Both the position numbers and the translations under genes were made by a program. From Octopus vulgaris (Eukaryota), in contig OX597834.1 in assembly GCA_951406725.2 (NCBI GenBank), forward strand, positions 21,452,001 through 21,516,000: a stretch of 64,000 nt of DNA. Reading direction: 5' to 3'. Positions 26,302 to 41,271 of the stretch are shown one piece after another. Below the pieces are notes generated by a model, which was given only the letters and a program-made list of their open reading frames with translations, was not told the origin of the DNA and made no database searches. Each line of letters opens with the position of its first letter. Position 1 is the first letter of the stretch.

Positions 26302-27494
26302 GCATTAATGTAGGGGACTTTTTAAATTTCTGCAGAAAAAAAAAATGCCACGAAGGGAGCAAAGAAAGATTGTTATTATTTTTGTTTTCCAATCTCTCTC
26401 CCCACACACACACTCACGGCCCTCAGTTTCCCAATTGTGAATTTCCAGAAAGATCTGCCAGAAGAAATTTTCCCGGAATTCAAAGAGATTCTCATCGTTT
26501 GTTTTCATATATTTTTTGTTTGTTTCTTTCCTTGCTTTTGTTGGAGTATTTTTTTAAAAATTCTTTCTATAGAGGTTTTCCGCATTTTGATTGCAAAGGC
26601 GCAACGTGCTAAAGAAATTTCTTGCTTTTGGCTGAAGAAAACATTATCAAGATAACTCAAAAAAAAAGAAAGAAACAATATTTATTTCAATGAGAACTTT
26701 TTAATAAAACCTCAATTGGGGAACTGATTAAAGCTTAAATTAAAAAAAACCCCCAGGATCCAGAAAAAAACCCATAAAAATTTGTAATGCTGTCTCTGTG
26801 CTGCCTTTATGAGCTGTGAAGGCATGTAGCTTAGTGGTTAAGGTGTTAGAGTTAAGATTGTAAAGTCAGGGGTTCAATTCCTAGACTGGGCAATGTATTT
26901 TTTTAAAATCTACATAAAAGCACCTATGCAGCGTCATGTAAAAGTGCCCATATGATGCTACATAAAGGGCATTGCTCCAGTACTACAGACTTGTGATTAG
27001 AATGTCTCAGAAATATACCACAAGAGGGATTCTTCATGGCAATTCAAATGGACAGGTGACAAGTGGGTAGACCAACAACATGATGGTTGGATAATATCTT
27101 CAGTCAATCTCAGCTGGTTAAGCTTAGGAATCCAGCAGGAGAGGGTAACAATGGTCACTTCAGATAGGACCCTATGGAGAAGATCTTTGAGGACTTTGCC
27201 CCACCATGATATTCCCAGGCAGCAAAAATGGATGAATGGGGGATGTGATTTGAGGGAGATTTGGCTGCTGTTTCAAGCAAATCAAACAAATGCACAGTCT
27301 TTCTATGTTAGCTTAAATATCCACTGTATGATTTTGAGGGAGGCCAGGCAGCCGTTTCTAACTGGCTGATCAACCCATGGAGCAGTGAGTCTCAACCCGT
27401 GTCCATGTGACCCTTGGTGGGATTCATGTAAGATTTTGTTGTCAAAATTTAATTGGTTATATTTCTACAATGCATTAGATCTCTTTTGTAACAG

Positions 27495-27810
27495 TGCATG
27501 GCTCAGTGGTTAGAGCATTGGGCTCACAATCATGAGATAGTGAGTTCGAATCCCAGACTGGGCTGTGTGTTGTGTTCTTGAGCAAGACACTTTATTTACA
27601 TTGATCCAGTTCACTCAGCTGTAGAAATGAGTTGCAACGTCACTGATGCCTGGCTGCATTGGCCCCTTTGCTATTCCCTTGGATAACATCAGTGGCATGG
27701 AGAGGAGAGGCTGGTATACATGGGTGACTGCTGGTCTTCCATAAAGAACCTTGCCTCAGAGGGTAACTTTCTAGGTGCAATCCCATGGTCATTCGTGACC
27801 AAAGAGGATC
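27495..27810 (+). mobile_element. tRNA-headed SINE family C
   Basis: A-box TGGCTCAGTGG, B-box GAGTTCGAATCC, gttcttgagcaagacacttt; reverse copy at 52160-52490. Sits inside a degenerate cagtg..ctcaacc / ggttgg..aacact hAT-like MITE. Confidence 0.8.
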
Positions 27811-28584
27811 TTTGTCCTTTTATTTTTACATAAAATCTTTTAATGATTCTTTTTTAATGCAATTCCTGATAATATTTGATTATTGAAATATAAAAGGGTT
27901 TCTTAAATATGGAACGGTTGTGAAGGTCCACCCGAGTAAAATAGAAATTGAAGGGTTCCATAGGTAAAAAAAAAAAAGGGTTGGTAAACACTAAAGTAGA
28001 GGTTCCCTTCCTTGACTCTTGCAATTTTTCGTAGATGACTCGAGCCATTTTTGACTCTGAAACAATTACGACCAGACACCTATTCATCACCTCCACCACC
28101 ACCACCACTGCCGCTGCTGCCACCACTACCAAAGCCACACTGCAACCATCTGCTTATAATCGTCTTCGGTGTTTTCTTTTTGTTGTTGGTGTTGTTCTTG
28201 TTGGTACTGGGTTTTTTTTTTTATAATTTTCCGTTCCTTCTCCCACCCCTCCCACTTTGCCACACTCTCCCTACTCCCACCTTGAAGAATTCATTTTGTT
28301 TTCTTTGCTCCTTCCCCCCTCCTCATCCTCCTCCCGCTTCACCTTCTTCGTTATATTCGTCAGCTTCCATCATCCTTAATTGTTTGGATTAATCTACTTA
28401 TCTACTGCAGTTTCCTGATACACACATGCACACACACACACACATACACATGCATGCACACACACATATGCACATATATATATATATATGTATATGCACA
28501 TACACATATATATGCATATATATATATATACATATATATATACATATATATATGCACATATATATACACACGCACATATACATG

Positions 28585-28628
<44 letters not shown>

Positions 28629-28633
28629 CACAT

Positions 28634-28673
<40 letters not shown>

Positions 28674-28984
28674 AGGGAACCTCACACTTGCTTTCCTGTG
28701 ATCGTTTTCTAATTGCTGAAGTCTTCTTCCACCTTATGTTGAAAGTAAATATAATCAGTCAGTTTATCATCATCATCTTTCCTTCCTTCAGCCCACCATT
28801 CCTGCTGGAGTCCATAGGGGTGCTACCGCAACATATGGATTATATTGAGCATTTTAAACCCGACAGAGTGCCCTCTCCTTACCCTGTCCTACCCTCACTC
28901 ACCCTGTCGGAACACAGACGATTGCTTCCTGAAGTGAGAGAGAGAAAGAAAGTGCATAGAAGAACTGGATCAACCCTCCACTCG

Positions 28985-29480
28985 GTTTTACATTCTGTGT
29001 TCAAACGCTCCTGAGATTGACTTTGCCTACAGTCCTTTCGGGGTCAATGAAAATAAGTACCAGTTACAGACTGGGGTTGATGTAACCGACTAACCTCTTT
29101 GTCTGGAGTTTTAGGCCCCATGCCTTTAGTAGAAAGGATTATTATTATTACTAAGGCAGCAAATTGGCAGAATCGTTAGCATGCCAGGTGGCCTGTATCC
29201 ATGTTCTGAGTTCAAATTCTGCCAAGGTCTACTTTGCCTTTCTTCCTTTTGGGGTTGATAAATTAAGTACCAGTTGAACACCTGGATCAATGTAATTGAC
29301 TAGTCCCCTCCCCCAAAATTTCAAGCCTTGTGCCTTTAGTAGAAAGGATTGCTATTATTGTTGTTGTTATTATTATTATTACAAAGCAGTGAGCTGGCAG
29401 AATCATTAGTATGCTGTAAAAAAATGCTTTGTGATATTTCACGTGCCACCAAGGTTGACTTTGCCTTTCATCTTTTGCTG
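28985..29480 (+). mobile_element. cluster of three head-to-tail SINE family B copies
   Basis: Repeated family B core and agaaaggatt(att)n tails. Confidence 0.75.
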
Positions 29481-29488
29481 GTTCTAGA

Positions 29489-29489
<1 letters not shown>

Positions 29490-29521
<32 letters not shown>

Positions 29522-30146
29522 TGTGTACAGTGCTCAGGTGCACTACAACTCATCTAAAGTGTATATATAATCAGGTGTAGTTTCGGCGGATTTCGGAAAG
29601 CATGAGGGCCTTAAAAGATGCAGTGTCATGGCAGTCAACAACTGACGCAGGCAGTTTATTCCATGCTTCAGCAACTCTGAGCGTGAAAAAATGTTTCCGA
29701 AAGTCATGGGAGCTGTATTGTTTTCTGACTTTGTAGGCATGTCCACGTGTATTAGACACATGGAGATCAAAAAGGTGTTCAGTGTTGTTGTTGGTGAGGT
29801 GGTTGATAACTTTGTGGGTGTTTACCAAGTCCGTCGCCAAACGCCGGAGCTTCAGTGAATCCATGCCCAGGGAAACAAGGCGCTCAGAATATGGTAGGTG
29901 TCTGATGGAGGGTATGCGTTTGGTTGCACGTCTCTGGACAGATTCCAGGAGGTCAATGTTCTGTGCAAGATAGGGGTTCCAAACTGATGATGCGAATTCC
30001 AAGTGTGGTCGTACCATAGCTGTATACAGTTTTAAATAGATGGCTGGAGAGCGGCTAACAAAAGACCTGCTGAGTGATGCCAAGACACCCTCGGCCTTCC
30101 TGACAATCTTAGAGATATGCTTTGACCAACGCAAATCACTGCTGAC
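29490..30146 (-). mobile_element. 5'-truncated CR1-type LINE, ORF2 C-terminus, 3' UTR and (ATT)n tail
   Basis: Uninterrupted frame SSDLRWSKHISKIVRKA...LYTAMVRPHLEFASSVWNPY...LESVQRRATK...YSERL..L...RR...TRGHAYKV...FFTLRVAEAWNKLP; tail gtacaca(att)n. Confidence 0.92.
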
Positions 30147-30233
30147 CAGTACCAAATAAGTACCAGTTGGGTACTGGGGTCAATGCAATCAACATACTCC
30201 CCCTTTCCACATCTCGTGCCCATAACAGAAACG

Positions 30234-30271
<38 letters not shown>

Positions 30272-30277
30272 CATTAA

Positions 30278-30482
30278 GATTGCAGAACTGTTAGCACACC
30301 AGACAAAATGCTTATCAGCATTTTGACAGTACTTACGTTCTGAGTTTAAATTCCACTGAGGTTGATTTTGCCTTTCATCCTTTCAGGGTCAAAAAATTTT
30401 ATACCAGTGATACACTGGGGTCAATGTAATCGACTAGTCTCCTCCGCAAAAAATTTCAGGCTTGTGCCCTTAGTAGAAGGGA

Positions 30483-30531
<49 letters not shown>

Positions 30532-30760
30532 CATTATTATTATTATTATTATTCAGTAGTTTTATTTTTTATAGCGTGCTTTCACTTCACTACCGAGCAC
30601 AGCTCTGTGTGCCTTGGGTATGTGCTGTGATTTGTTGTGATGCTCTGATGGTTATTGTATGGAAAGTGTTCTAACTTTAATACCAGTGATATACTGGTTC
30701 AATGTAATCGACTAGTCTCCTCCCCCAAAAATTTCAGGCTTGTGCCTTTAGTAGAAGGGA
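30278..30760 (+). mobile_element. SINE family B copies plus a Dong 3'-UTR stub (30554-30670, minus strand) in (ATT)n
   Basis: cagtagttttatttttatagcgtgctttcacttcac... matches 11331-11445. Confidence 0.8.
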
Positions 30761-31287
30761 TTATTATTATTATTATTATTATTATCATTATTATTATTAT
30801 AATTATTATTATTATTATTATTGTTGTTGTTGTTGTTCTGCTGCTGTTTATTTATTTCCACAGAATCTTTCTTGTTTCCGTTTATGGTTATTTCTCAGAG
30901 AAGAGCAATTACACTTAATTGTTCTCTAGCTCACCGATTCCATCTGGTGCTGCCGAAGAAGCAAATGCAGCTTTAAACCTCCCTTACAAAAACATAAGTA
31001 TAAATATATGTGTGTGTGTGTATGTGTGTGTGTGAGTGTGTGTGTGTGTGTTTATATACATATATATAAATATATATATATATATATTTGTAAATAGTAA
31101 GGGATTACTCCAAACGTTTACCATGAAAATCCTTACTATTATTATTATCATTATTGTTGATATATATATATATATATCTATAATCCTCATTATTATTATT
31201 GTTGTTGTTGATATATATACACATATATATACACACACACATATATATATATATACATGTATATATACATATATATGCATGCATGTA

Positions 31288-31321
<34 letters not shown>

Positions 31322-31355
31322 CAGACACACACACACACACATATGTATGTATGTA

Positions 31356-31477
<122 letters not shown>

Positions 31478-31926
31478 TGTGTGTGCGCATGCTTGTATTT
31501 ATATTTACACACACACACACACACACACACATTGAAAGTATCTCAAGAGGTTATGTAAACATAAATACCGTCTTTTGCCAAACTTCTTTAGAAATGGTGT
31601 CCAAATTATGTAGCATTTGTTCAGATATCTTTAGGCACCTTCAGAGTGCTTGTGTGCACGTAAGCACATGTGTTTGTTGGTGCTGAGTACGGTGGGTGGC
31701 TGTGTGTGTGTGCATAAGTGAATGCACACAAGATGCATATTTGTTTACATGCACCCAAATATACATACGTCCATATATAAATATATATATATACACACAT
31801 ACACATGTGTGCATTCAACAAGCTGCCAGATCCTTACAACAAAACCCACAATTCGCAAACATTGTGTATGTCTGTATATGGATTTATGTTTGCATGTGTG
31901 TGTGCGTGTGTGTGTGTGTGTGTGTA

Positions 31927-31963
<37 letters not shown>

Positions 31964-32183
31964 TTCAGAGTCACATAAATCTCTTTCCCTCTCGATCATA
32001 TTTATTTTTTTGTCTCTCTCCCCCTCTCTCTCTCTGTCCTTCTCTCTCTTTATCTCTCTTTATATCTTTTGTGTGTGTGTATGTGTGTATCTGTATGAGT
32101 GTGTGTATCTGTATGTATGTGTGTGAATGTGGAAAGTCCCATAACTGTTTTTCATTCTCAGTTGTCCTCTTACTCATTCTGTC

Positions 32184-32220
<37 letters not shown>

Positions 32221-32428
32221 CACACACACATACACACACACACACACACTCAACACAATGTGTATACTACTATCTGTGTGAAGAATCACCATAAATTAAC
32301 TCAATCTCAATGTCTCTCTCTCTCTCTCTTTATATATATATATACACACACACACTTACACACACACATACACACTCACACACACACATACACACACACA
32401 CACTCACACACAATATTGGTGGGGTCCA

Positions 32429-32460
<32 letters not shown>

Positions 32461-32839
32461 CACACACACATATTAAAATCTTGCTTAAGCATTTATGTGT
32501 GTGTGCGTGTGTGTGTATGGATGCATGTATATATAGACATCCATCTGCCTCATTGTAATCTTCATTTTTAGTACAGGAACTGGGTAGTGATGAAGAAAGA
32601 TACAAAGATAGAGAGAAAGAGAGAGAGAGAGAAAGAGAGAGAGAAAGTGGTGGTTATTATAGCTAGTGATGGTGGTAGCAGTGGCAATGACAGTGGTAGT
32701 GATAGTGTTAGTATCAGAGTTGCTCTTCCGTGTACCTTCATCATCATCATCATCATCACCACTATCATCATCATCACCACCATCATCATCATCATCATCA
32801 CCATCATCATCATCTTCTTCTTCATCATCATCATCATCT

Positions 32840-32870
<31 letters not shown>

Positions 32871-32871
32871 C

Positions 32872-32904
<33 letters not shown>

Positions 32905-33419
32905 TTCTTCTCCTCCTCCTCCCCATCCTCTCCTCTCTGTTCCTGCGTTTAACTGTGATGTATATTAAGATAAGCTGCATTTTTATTGTTAGTTCTCGTA
33001 TTTATGCTATTCAAAGGGGATAGTGTTTCCATTCTCAACTAATGTATAATGAAAAATTGCTGCCACAGCCCCTTACTGAGTCGAGAGGCAGGTATGTTAT
33101 CCAAAATAGTCACCCTCCTTTGAGCACTGCCTACTGCTGTGTTATCTAGTAAAAATGCAAAGTTGTTATAAGGGTTGTTTAGCTCAGAGAAATAGCAGCC
33201 AAACCCTTCTCAATAAAGCCAAATAACCCATCTAAACACGAAAGTATTTTTAAAAATCAAAAACTATGAACTAGATTATGACTGGGGAGCACTAGGGGCT
33301 GTCCACACCGGGTGGCACTTTTGGGTCTGCTGTAGGCAATGTGTGTTTTTTTGTGGGGTCCAGGGGTGGCAAACGGATGGGCCACCTTGGGCAGCACACA
33401 CTTTAGCTACACTAGTGGC

Positions 33420-34290
33420 TGGGCGCTAACAGAGTACTGAAAGTATCCACTTTCAGCTTCCACCATGGCCTCAAAAAGGCTCTGGAATTGAACCTGTGCA
33501 TGCATTTCTCACTGTATCCTCGGTAGATCTTCAAACATCTCCTCGACTTCAGCCACCAGCTCAGCCTTCTTGTTGAACACCGACCAGCTGAGAGGTTGGC
33601 GGTTTTTTTCTCAAATGTACACCACACACAATCAATCACATAATCTTAATTCCTCCTATTGTATTCCATGAGATTACAAGGGCAGCGAGCTGGCAGAATT
33701 ATTAGCACGCCGAGCAAAATGCTTAGCAGTATTTTGTCTACCATTACGATCTGTGTTCAAATTCCACCAAGGTCGACTTTGCCTTTCATCATTTCAGGGT
33801 CGATAAATAAAGTACCTATTTCTTTATTACCCACAAGGGGCTAAACACAGAGAGGACAAACAAGGCGCGTAACTGTGCGTAACTGGTACTTATTTAATCG
33901 ACCCCGAAAGGATGAAAGGCAAAGTCAACCTCGGCGGAATTTGAACTCAGAACGTAACGGCATTTCGCCCAGCATGCTAATGTTTTTGCCAGCTCACCGC
34001 CTTCATAAAATAAGTACCAGTTGCATACTGGGGTGGATGTAATCGACTTAATCCCTTTGTCTCTCCTTGTTTGTCCCCTCCATGTTTAGCTCCCTGTGGG
34101 CAATAAAGAAATAAAAATGGAGGAATTATGAGGTCAGAAATTGGGGTTGGTGAAGTTGTAGAAAAACTCTCTGACAACCACTTCTGACTCTTTTGTGATG
34201 CATGGCAAAGAGCCAAATCCTGCTGCCACACATATGATCTTCCAGGAGCAACCCTCTCCTGACAGAGTTTGACCACAGTTTCTAGCAGTT
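33420..34290 (-). pseudogene. Tc1/mariner (maT/DD37D-like) transposase C-terminal half, split by nested SINEs
   Basis: 34115-34290 encodes ERVAPGRSYVWQQDLALCHASQKSQKWLSE (second catalytic Asp motif). 33420-33650, read across frameshifts, gives VW..FEK..KAELVAEVEEMFEDLPRIQ..NACTG..FEAMVEAESGYF. Confidence 0.8.
33678..34110 (+). mobile_element. SINE B interrupted by an inverted SINE B (33817-34003)
   Basis: Imperfect duplication ataaataaagtacc / ataaaataagtacc flanks the inner minus-strand copy. Confidence 0.8.
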
Positions 34291-34556
34291 TCCCTTAACG
34301 TAGTTCTTGGGGAGATCAAGCATGACACAGAGTGTGACAAGGCTGACCCCCTTGAAATACAGGTACAACAGAAACAGGAAGAAAGAGTGAGAGAAAGTTG
34401 TGGTGAAAGACTACAGCAGGGTTCACCACTGCTCCCTGCTAGAGCCTCGTGAAGCTTTAGGTGTTTTTGCTCAATAAACATTCACAATACCCTATCTGGG
34501 AATCAAAACTGTGATCCTATAACCATGACTCCACTGCCATAACCATTGGGCCTCCA
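34291..34556 (-). mobile_element. SINE family D, partial
   Basis: Reverse homology to 53627-53880. Confidence 0.8.
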
Positions 34557-35132
34557 CATATGCACATATAATACACACATATATATGTAGACTTTGATCA
34601 GTTTTACAATATGATTAAATTTAACAATATGCCATTATACCATCTGCGTTTTGTATTGGCATTGCACTTTCACCAATTCCAGCCAGTGAACTGCAGACAT
34701 GCTGTTCGTACCTGTCTTGAACAATACAAAGAATTTTTTTCCCCCTCAAAACCAATAAACAAAAGGCTGGAAGAATCTTTGGCGAATCAGAACAAATATC
34801 TCATTATTAAAGTTGTTAGTTTGGCGTCAAAAATCTTGAAAAAAATTTCTTAGAAATGAAAACATAACAATTACAATAATAATAGTAGTGGTGGTGGTGG
34901 TGGCGGTAGTGGTGGTAGTAATACTAGTAATACTAGTAGTAGTAGTAGTAGTAGTTGATGTTTAAAATGTGAAACGTGAGTGCTGTTGAATATTTGGAAG
35001 TTTATTTTATCGGAATTTCTTTAGATTACGGTGTAAGAAGCTTTGTCTGTGATATATGGTGTATTCTTTGAAAGAATCTTCAAGTTTCATGTCTACAGAG
35101 TCTTGGGGATTATATGATCGATCTAATCAGCC

Positions 35133-35182
<50 letters not shown>

Positions 35183-35262
35183 GCGTATATGTATGCATAT
35201 ATATACATATGTATGCACGTGTGTGTATGTGTTCGTATTGTTAGTGTGTGTGCCTATACGTG

Positions 35263-35301
<39 letters not shown>

Positions 35302-35963
35302 TTGTAGCTTCATAGGAATTTATATAAATGTATATATACGTGAATATGGACATGTGTGTGTCTGTATATCTGTGTATATGTGTGTGTGTATGTGAGTGTT
35401 TATATACATGTATATATGTGAGTGTGCGTGTAATATATATGTATATGTACTATATATGTATGCTGATATATAAATGTGAGTGTGTGTGTAATATATATGT
35501 ATATGTACTATATATGTATGCAGATATATAAATGTGAGTGTTTGAAATATTTTATGCAACTATTTAAAGAAATATTTCTTCAAAAGAACAACCACTTCAT
35601 GTTTTGTAGATAGAATTTGAACAAAACTGGAAAAGCAATTAAAAATCTTTGATCAACAAAATAAATTCAATAATTCTAAAAGGATTCAGGCCATATATAT
35701 GTGTGTGGGGTGGGTGCATTATATTTGTCTTTTCTGGGATTTTTATGGTTTTGCTTTCTGTTCCAAGCTTCTTTTCGTTAACGTTTGTATATTTTATAAT
35801 ATGAAATATATATATTTTCAGAAAAAATACAAAAGTTTGTTAATTTTAGTTTAATGAAAATTGAACTCATACACCCATTCACAGACACACGTACGGACAA
35901 ATCTATACATATGTACGTTTATGTGTGTATAACAATGTTTGCATGTATGCTTATATATACATG

Positions 35964-36010
<47 letters not shown>

Positions 36011-36059
36011 AATGATACATACATACATACATGTATATATATATATAAATATATGTATG

Positions 36060-36120
<61 letters not shown>

Positions 36121-36167
36121 ATTATATATATGTGTGTATGTATGTATCAATTATATATATATGTATG

Positions 36168-36200
<33 letters not shown>

Positions 36201-36491
36201 GTATATATATATAAATGATACATATGGACACATATATATATAAATGATGCATACATACACATACATATATTCATATACACACATATATGTATATATGTGT
36301 ATGTGTGCGTGTATACATATATATATATATATTTATCTCTAAATGTGTATATACACATACATAGATACCTTCATATTTACGTATATATATATATGCATGT
36401 ACATATATAAGCATATATTCATATACATAGATACATATATCATATATATATGCATATACATATGTAAATAGATATTTATCTACACACACAC

Positions 36492-36531
<40 letters not shown>

Positions 36532-38342
36532 TTTTCATATAAAAACCTATATATGCATAGAGATACATGTACACATATGTATATTATATCAATATACTCA
36601 AATATGCAAACACACATACTTACACACACAGACACACATATAATACTACACATGTGTATTACATACACGTCCATGCACACGATAATTTCCATTGCAATAT
36701 TTGATTTGTGATAAGAGTGGCCGTTTGCAAAAATACCAATATTGGGAGTAGCGGCAAGAGGTTTAATAACCGATATCAAGTTGCTGTTACTAATATCATA
36801 TCTCGTTAACCATAAACTCATCTTTGCATTGAATGTAACTAGTTTCATACATTTTGTATCTGATATGACAGAGATAGTCTTCCATGAGATCTTCTTCGTG
36901 GTTGGTCATTTTCTGAAAGTGTTGGTGCACGTGTGCATGTGTGCGTATGTGTGTGTGTGCGTGTGTGTGTGTGCGTGTGCATGTGTGTGTGTGTGTCTGC
37001 GTGTGTGTGCGTGTGCCTGTGTGTACGGGTGTGGGTGTGTGGGTGTGCATGTGTGTGCGTGTGTGTGTGCGCGTGTGTGTTTGCGTGTGCATGTGCGTGT
37101 GTGTTTGTGTGTGCATATGTATGTGTGTGTGTGTGTGTGTGCTGTCTTTTAGGTTTCAGCTTTGTCTTCTTTCATTCATTGGACTGCGGCCATGCTGGAG
37201 CATCATGTAGAAGTACTTACTCATATGAAGTGACCTAAATACTCCTTTTTTTTTTCAAAGCCTGGTACATATTCTCTCAGTCTCAAATGCTGAACTGCTA
37301 TGTTATGGGGACGTAAACAAACCGACACTGGTTGTCAAGTGGTGGTGGTAGTGGGATCAAACCCAAAGACAGACACACAGAGATGTATATACGTATATAT
37401 CTAAAGGATTAAAGGTCTGTCCCGAGACATAGGTTCATAAGGCTGGTATCCCAAATCCTGAGATGTATATAATCCCACCCTGAATGGGATGCTGGCCCCT
37501 ATTACAGGTATGACCCATTCTTGCTAGCTGAGTGAACTGGAGCAATGTGAAGTGAAGTGTCTTGCTCAAGAACAGAAAACACATCATCCAGTCCAGGGAT
37601 TGAAACTAAAACCTTATGATCATGAATTCAACATACTGACCACTCTCATGATGATGATGATGATGATATTGATGATGATGATTATGATGACAGTGCTGCT
37701 GCTGGTGATGATGATGATGATGATTGTGATGATCTATGTCAGACTGGCATCCTCACCTGGGTGGGTGTGAGGCAGGAGATATACATCTCCTGTTTTCGCT
37801 AGTGCTATGAAACCCGAGGTACGGAAGCACTAAGGTTTTGACAATCCTCTCCCCTACCCGACGAATGCTTCTCTCATACCCCAAAGCAGAAGTACTTACA
37901 TTTAAATTTACATTACAGACTCGACCCTGGCATAAATCTCAAACCGAAAAATAAAATTTAGTAAAAGCCGACAGAAGACATATTTCATGGACTAACGAAA
38001 CAGCTGGAACTGTTTTATGGAAATGTCTCGTTAAAATATATAAATAAACGAATACATAAATAAATTAGTGGAAGATTGGTTTAGGATGGTTAGTCTAGCA
38101 ATTACTAGGTAAAGAGTAGAACACGATGGTAGAATTATCGGCAATGAAGTTCAAAGTGGAAGGAACCAAATGGTAAATGTGATGAAAGAATGTTACTTAA
38201 ATATGAAATATTTATAACTTTGATGGCAGCCATAATGGGAATGGAGAGATGGAATAAAAAACATTTGGTTTTTAGAAATAATGAGTGGGTTATAGAATGT
38301 GCTAGAATTTGACTTGAAGAATGTGCGTGTGTGTGTGAATAT

Positions 38343-38390
<48 letters not shown>

Positions 38391-38949
38391 ACAGTTGCAT
38401 GTGTAGGTGTGTGAGTGCATACGTGGGCTTATTTATTCATGAGTATGCCTAAATGTATAATATATAAACGTGTGTATGCACATATATATATATACATACA
38501 TATATATATATGTATATATATATATGTATATATACATATGTGTGTGTGGTGTGTATGATTATGCATGGATGTATATGCATGTCTTTATATACACTTACAT
38601 GTTGTGCGAGTATATGTATGCATGTGTATATACATCTGTGTATGTGTGTGTATGCATTAGCATACATAATAGATAAGCAAGTGTCTATATATGTATCTAT
38701 ATACGTGTGTGTGTGTGTGTGTGTGTGTGTGTCATATATGCATATGCATATATTTAGAATTATACACACATATACAGACATACCCATATATGTACACACA
38801 CATATATATACATATATGTTTATGTATATACACACGAAAATACCCACATGCATTCACATTTACATATATATATACTCTTTTACACTTTTACTTGTTTCAG
38901 CCATGTGGCTGTGGTCATGCTGGAACACCACCATGTATCTATCTATCTA

Positions 38950-39120
38950 TCTATCCGCTCAGTCGAAGTCAACTCTCGGTCACCCATTGGATCAGTGTCC
39001 TCCAGTCAGTTCTATCCTGGGCCGCTTCTTTCAGATTGGCTATGTCCATTCCGGTATCACTCTTGATGGTGTCAAGCCAGTGGGTTCTTGGTCGGCCTCT
39101 TCCTCTCTTGCCACTGACCA
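38950..39120 (-). mobile_element. RTE LINE 3' end with (GATA)n tail
   Basis: Reverse copy of 2900-3066. Confidence 0.88.
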
Positions 39121-39182
39121 CCATGTATATCTATCAATATACAGACTTGAAAGATTGGATTGAAATAACAATTTGAGTATGA

Positions 39183-39338
39183 GGGACAGGTGTGGCTCTG
39201 TGGTAAGATGTTTGCTTCCCTACCACATGATCCTGAGTTCAATCCCACTGTGTAGCACTTTGGCCAAGTGTATTCTACTGTACCCTCATGCTGTGAGTGG
39301 ATTTGGTAGATGGAAACTGAAAGAAGCCCATCGTACAT

Positions 39339-39375
<37 letters not shown>

Positions 39376-39570
39376 TGTCTGCATCTCCCAGCACCACTTG
39401 ACAATTGGTGTTGGTGTGTTTATGTCCCCATAACTTAGCAGCTCATCAAAAGAGAATGACAGAATAATTACCAGGTTTAACAAACAAAGAAATAGAACCA
39501 ATTCATTCAATTAAAATTCTTCAAGGTGGTGCCCCAGCATGGCCACATGACTGAAACAAGTAAAAAATAA
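39183..39570 (+). mobile_element. SINE family A
   Basis: Head, body and tail homology. Confidence 0.82.
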
Positions 39571-39592
39571 AAGTTATAAGAATGCATGTGTA

Positions 39593-39628
<36 letters not shown>

Positions 39629-40119
39629 TGTATGTATTTATGCTTACATCAGCTCTAACTGCAATGTCATGTCTTACAGGAACTTCTCAAAGAGGCTTGT
39701 GTTTTAAAACCATAGAGTTTTAGAAAAGGCTGTATTTATATGTGTATGGTAGATGGATCGTCACTGAGGAGAAGAACTAATGTTGAAACAGCGGCACCTG
39801 TTGATATCCCTCCTGTATTTTGAACAATCCCTGTGTTTTTTGATATGCAAATCTCCTTGACAAATTTCGATGAGACGAAATATTAAAATGTTACAGCTAA
39901 TGTCATTCAACACTTGTATATACATCATAAAGTCTGTACACATTTATATACATACACAAAGAATTAATGTATATGTATATACACCCACATCGATTATGAA
40001 AGATCAAAGTCAACAGCCCATGGGATGACACTTCAGACGGCAATAATATCCATCATTAAAAGAGTTTACATTACCCGTATCCAAAGTCACTTCACAAACG
40101 TTACATTAAGTGGAGAAGT

Positions 40120-40150
<31 letters not shown>

Positions 40151-40291
40151 TTCATTGATATCATTTGTATATTTTTACCATTAGTTTTTTAGCTGTTTTT
40201 TTTCTCTTTTGTCTATTTCTTTTATTTTTTCCGTACATTTTGACTTCCATCTCCTCCAGCAATTTTATACAATGTGAAGTTCAAATTTAAG

Positions 40292-40334
<43 letters not shown>

Positions 40335-40447
40335 CTTCCCCATCTCTCCCTCTCTCTCCATTTCTCTGTCTGTTTGTCTCTTTTCATCTATCTCTCTCCT
40401 TCTCTAGATTTCTCTCTCTTTCTGCAGCTACCAGTCTCTACATCTCT

Positions 40448-40528
<81 letters not shown>

Positions 40529-41271
40529 GATTTTATAAAGAATAGAAAGAAGATATTTAATTCCTAAATCTATAATGTTTTTATTTGTTTGTGTGTGTTT
40601 TGCTTTTTTTTTTCATTATAAACTTGAGGAATGGCCAGTATCCATGACCTTTACAGATGCACTGAGGCTGGTGAAATTTTGATGTCTTTAACATTCGGTT
40701 TAAGCCACATACTAGTCGACACCTGTCTGCTGGAAAGCCAGAAGCAGAGAAGAAACTCCAGAATTGGCAAGAAAAACTAAAATCATTACACACACAAACA
40801 CACACACATATATTAAATTACAAGGGAAAAGAAATAATGTAATCAACTTCATTGGCTTACAGCTGTTTCTGCTACGAAATGCAGTGCACTCAGAGTTGAG
40901 TACTTGTGCAACATCTATTCTATTGTCATTCAATAATTATTCTAAAGCATATGTATAATGAGTTCTAACAACTGGTTATAAGTAATGTTATGCCGAAGTG
41001 AAACTATAGCCTATATATATATATATATATATATATTAATTATAAAATATTAGGGAATAAATCCAAACTTACAGGGAAAAATCATATTTAGGATTAAATC
41101 CAATTTTATAGTAAAATATATTATATTATATTATATTAAATTAGAGATAAAACCACTATTAGGCAAATCAAACAATGAAAAACTTAAGCCAATACATAAA
41201 ATTAATTAATTTATATTATTTTAAATATATATCAAAAGTATTAAAAGTTTAATAAAAGATAAAGAGTAAAA

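Noticed and set aside
27495-27560. tRNA gene
   Set aside because: tRNA-like A/B boxes continue into a SINE body; no complete cloverleaf. The same applies to the other SINE heads.
28790-29014. Possible exon after ttccttccttcag
   Set aside because: No recognisable protein similarity, and the frame runs into a SINE.
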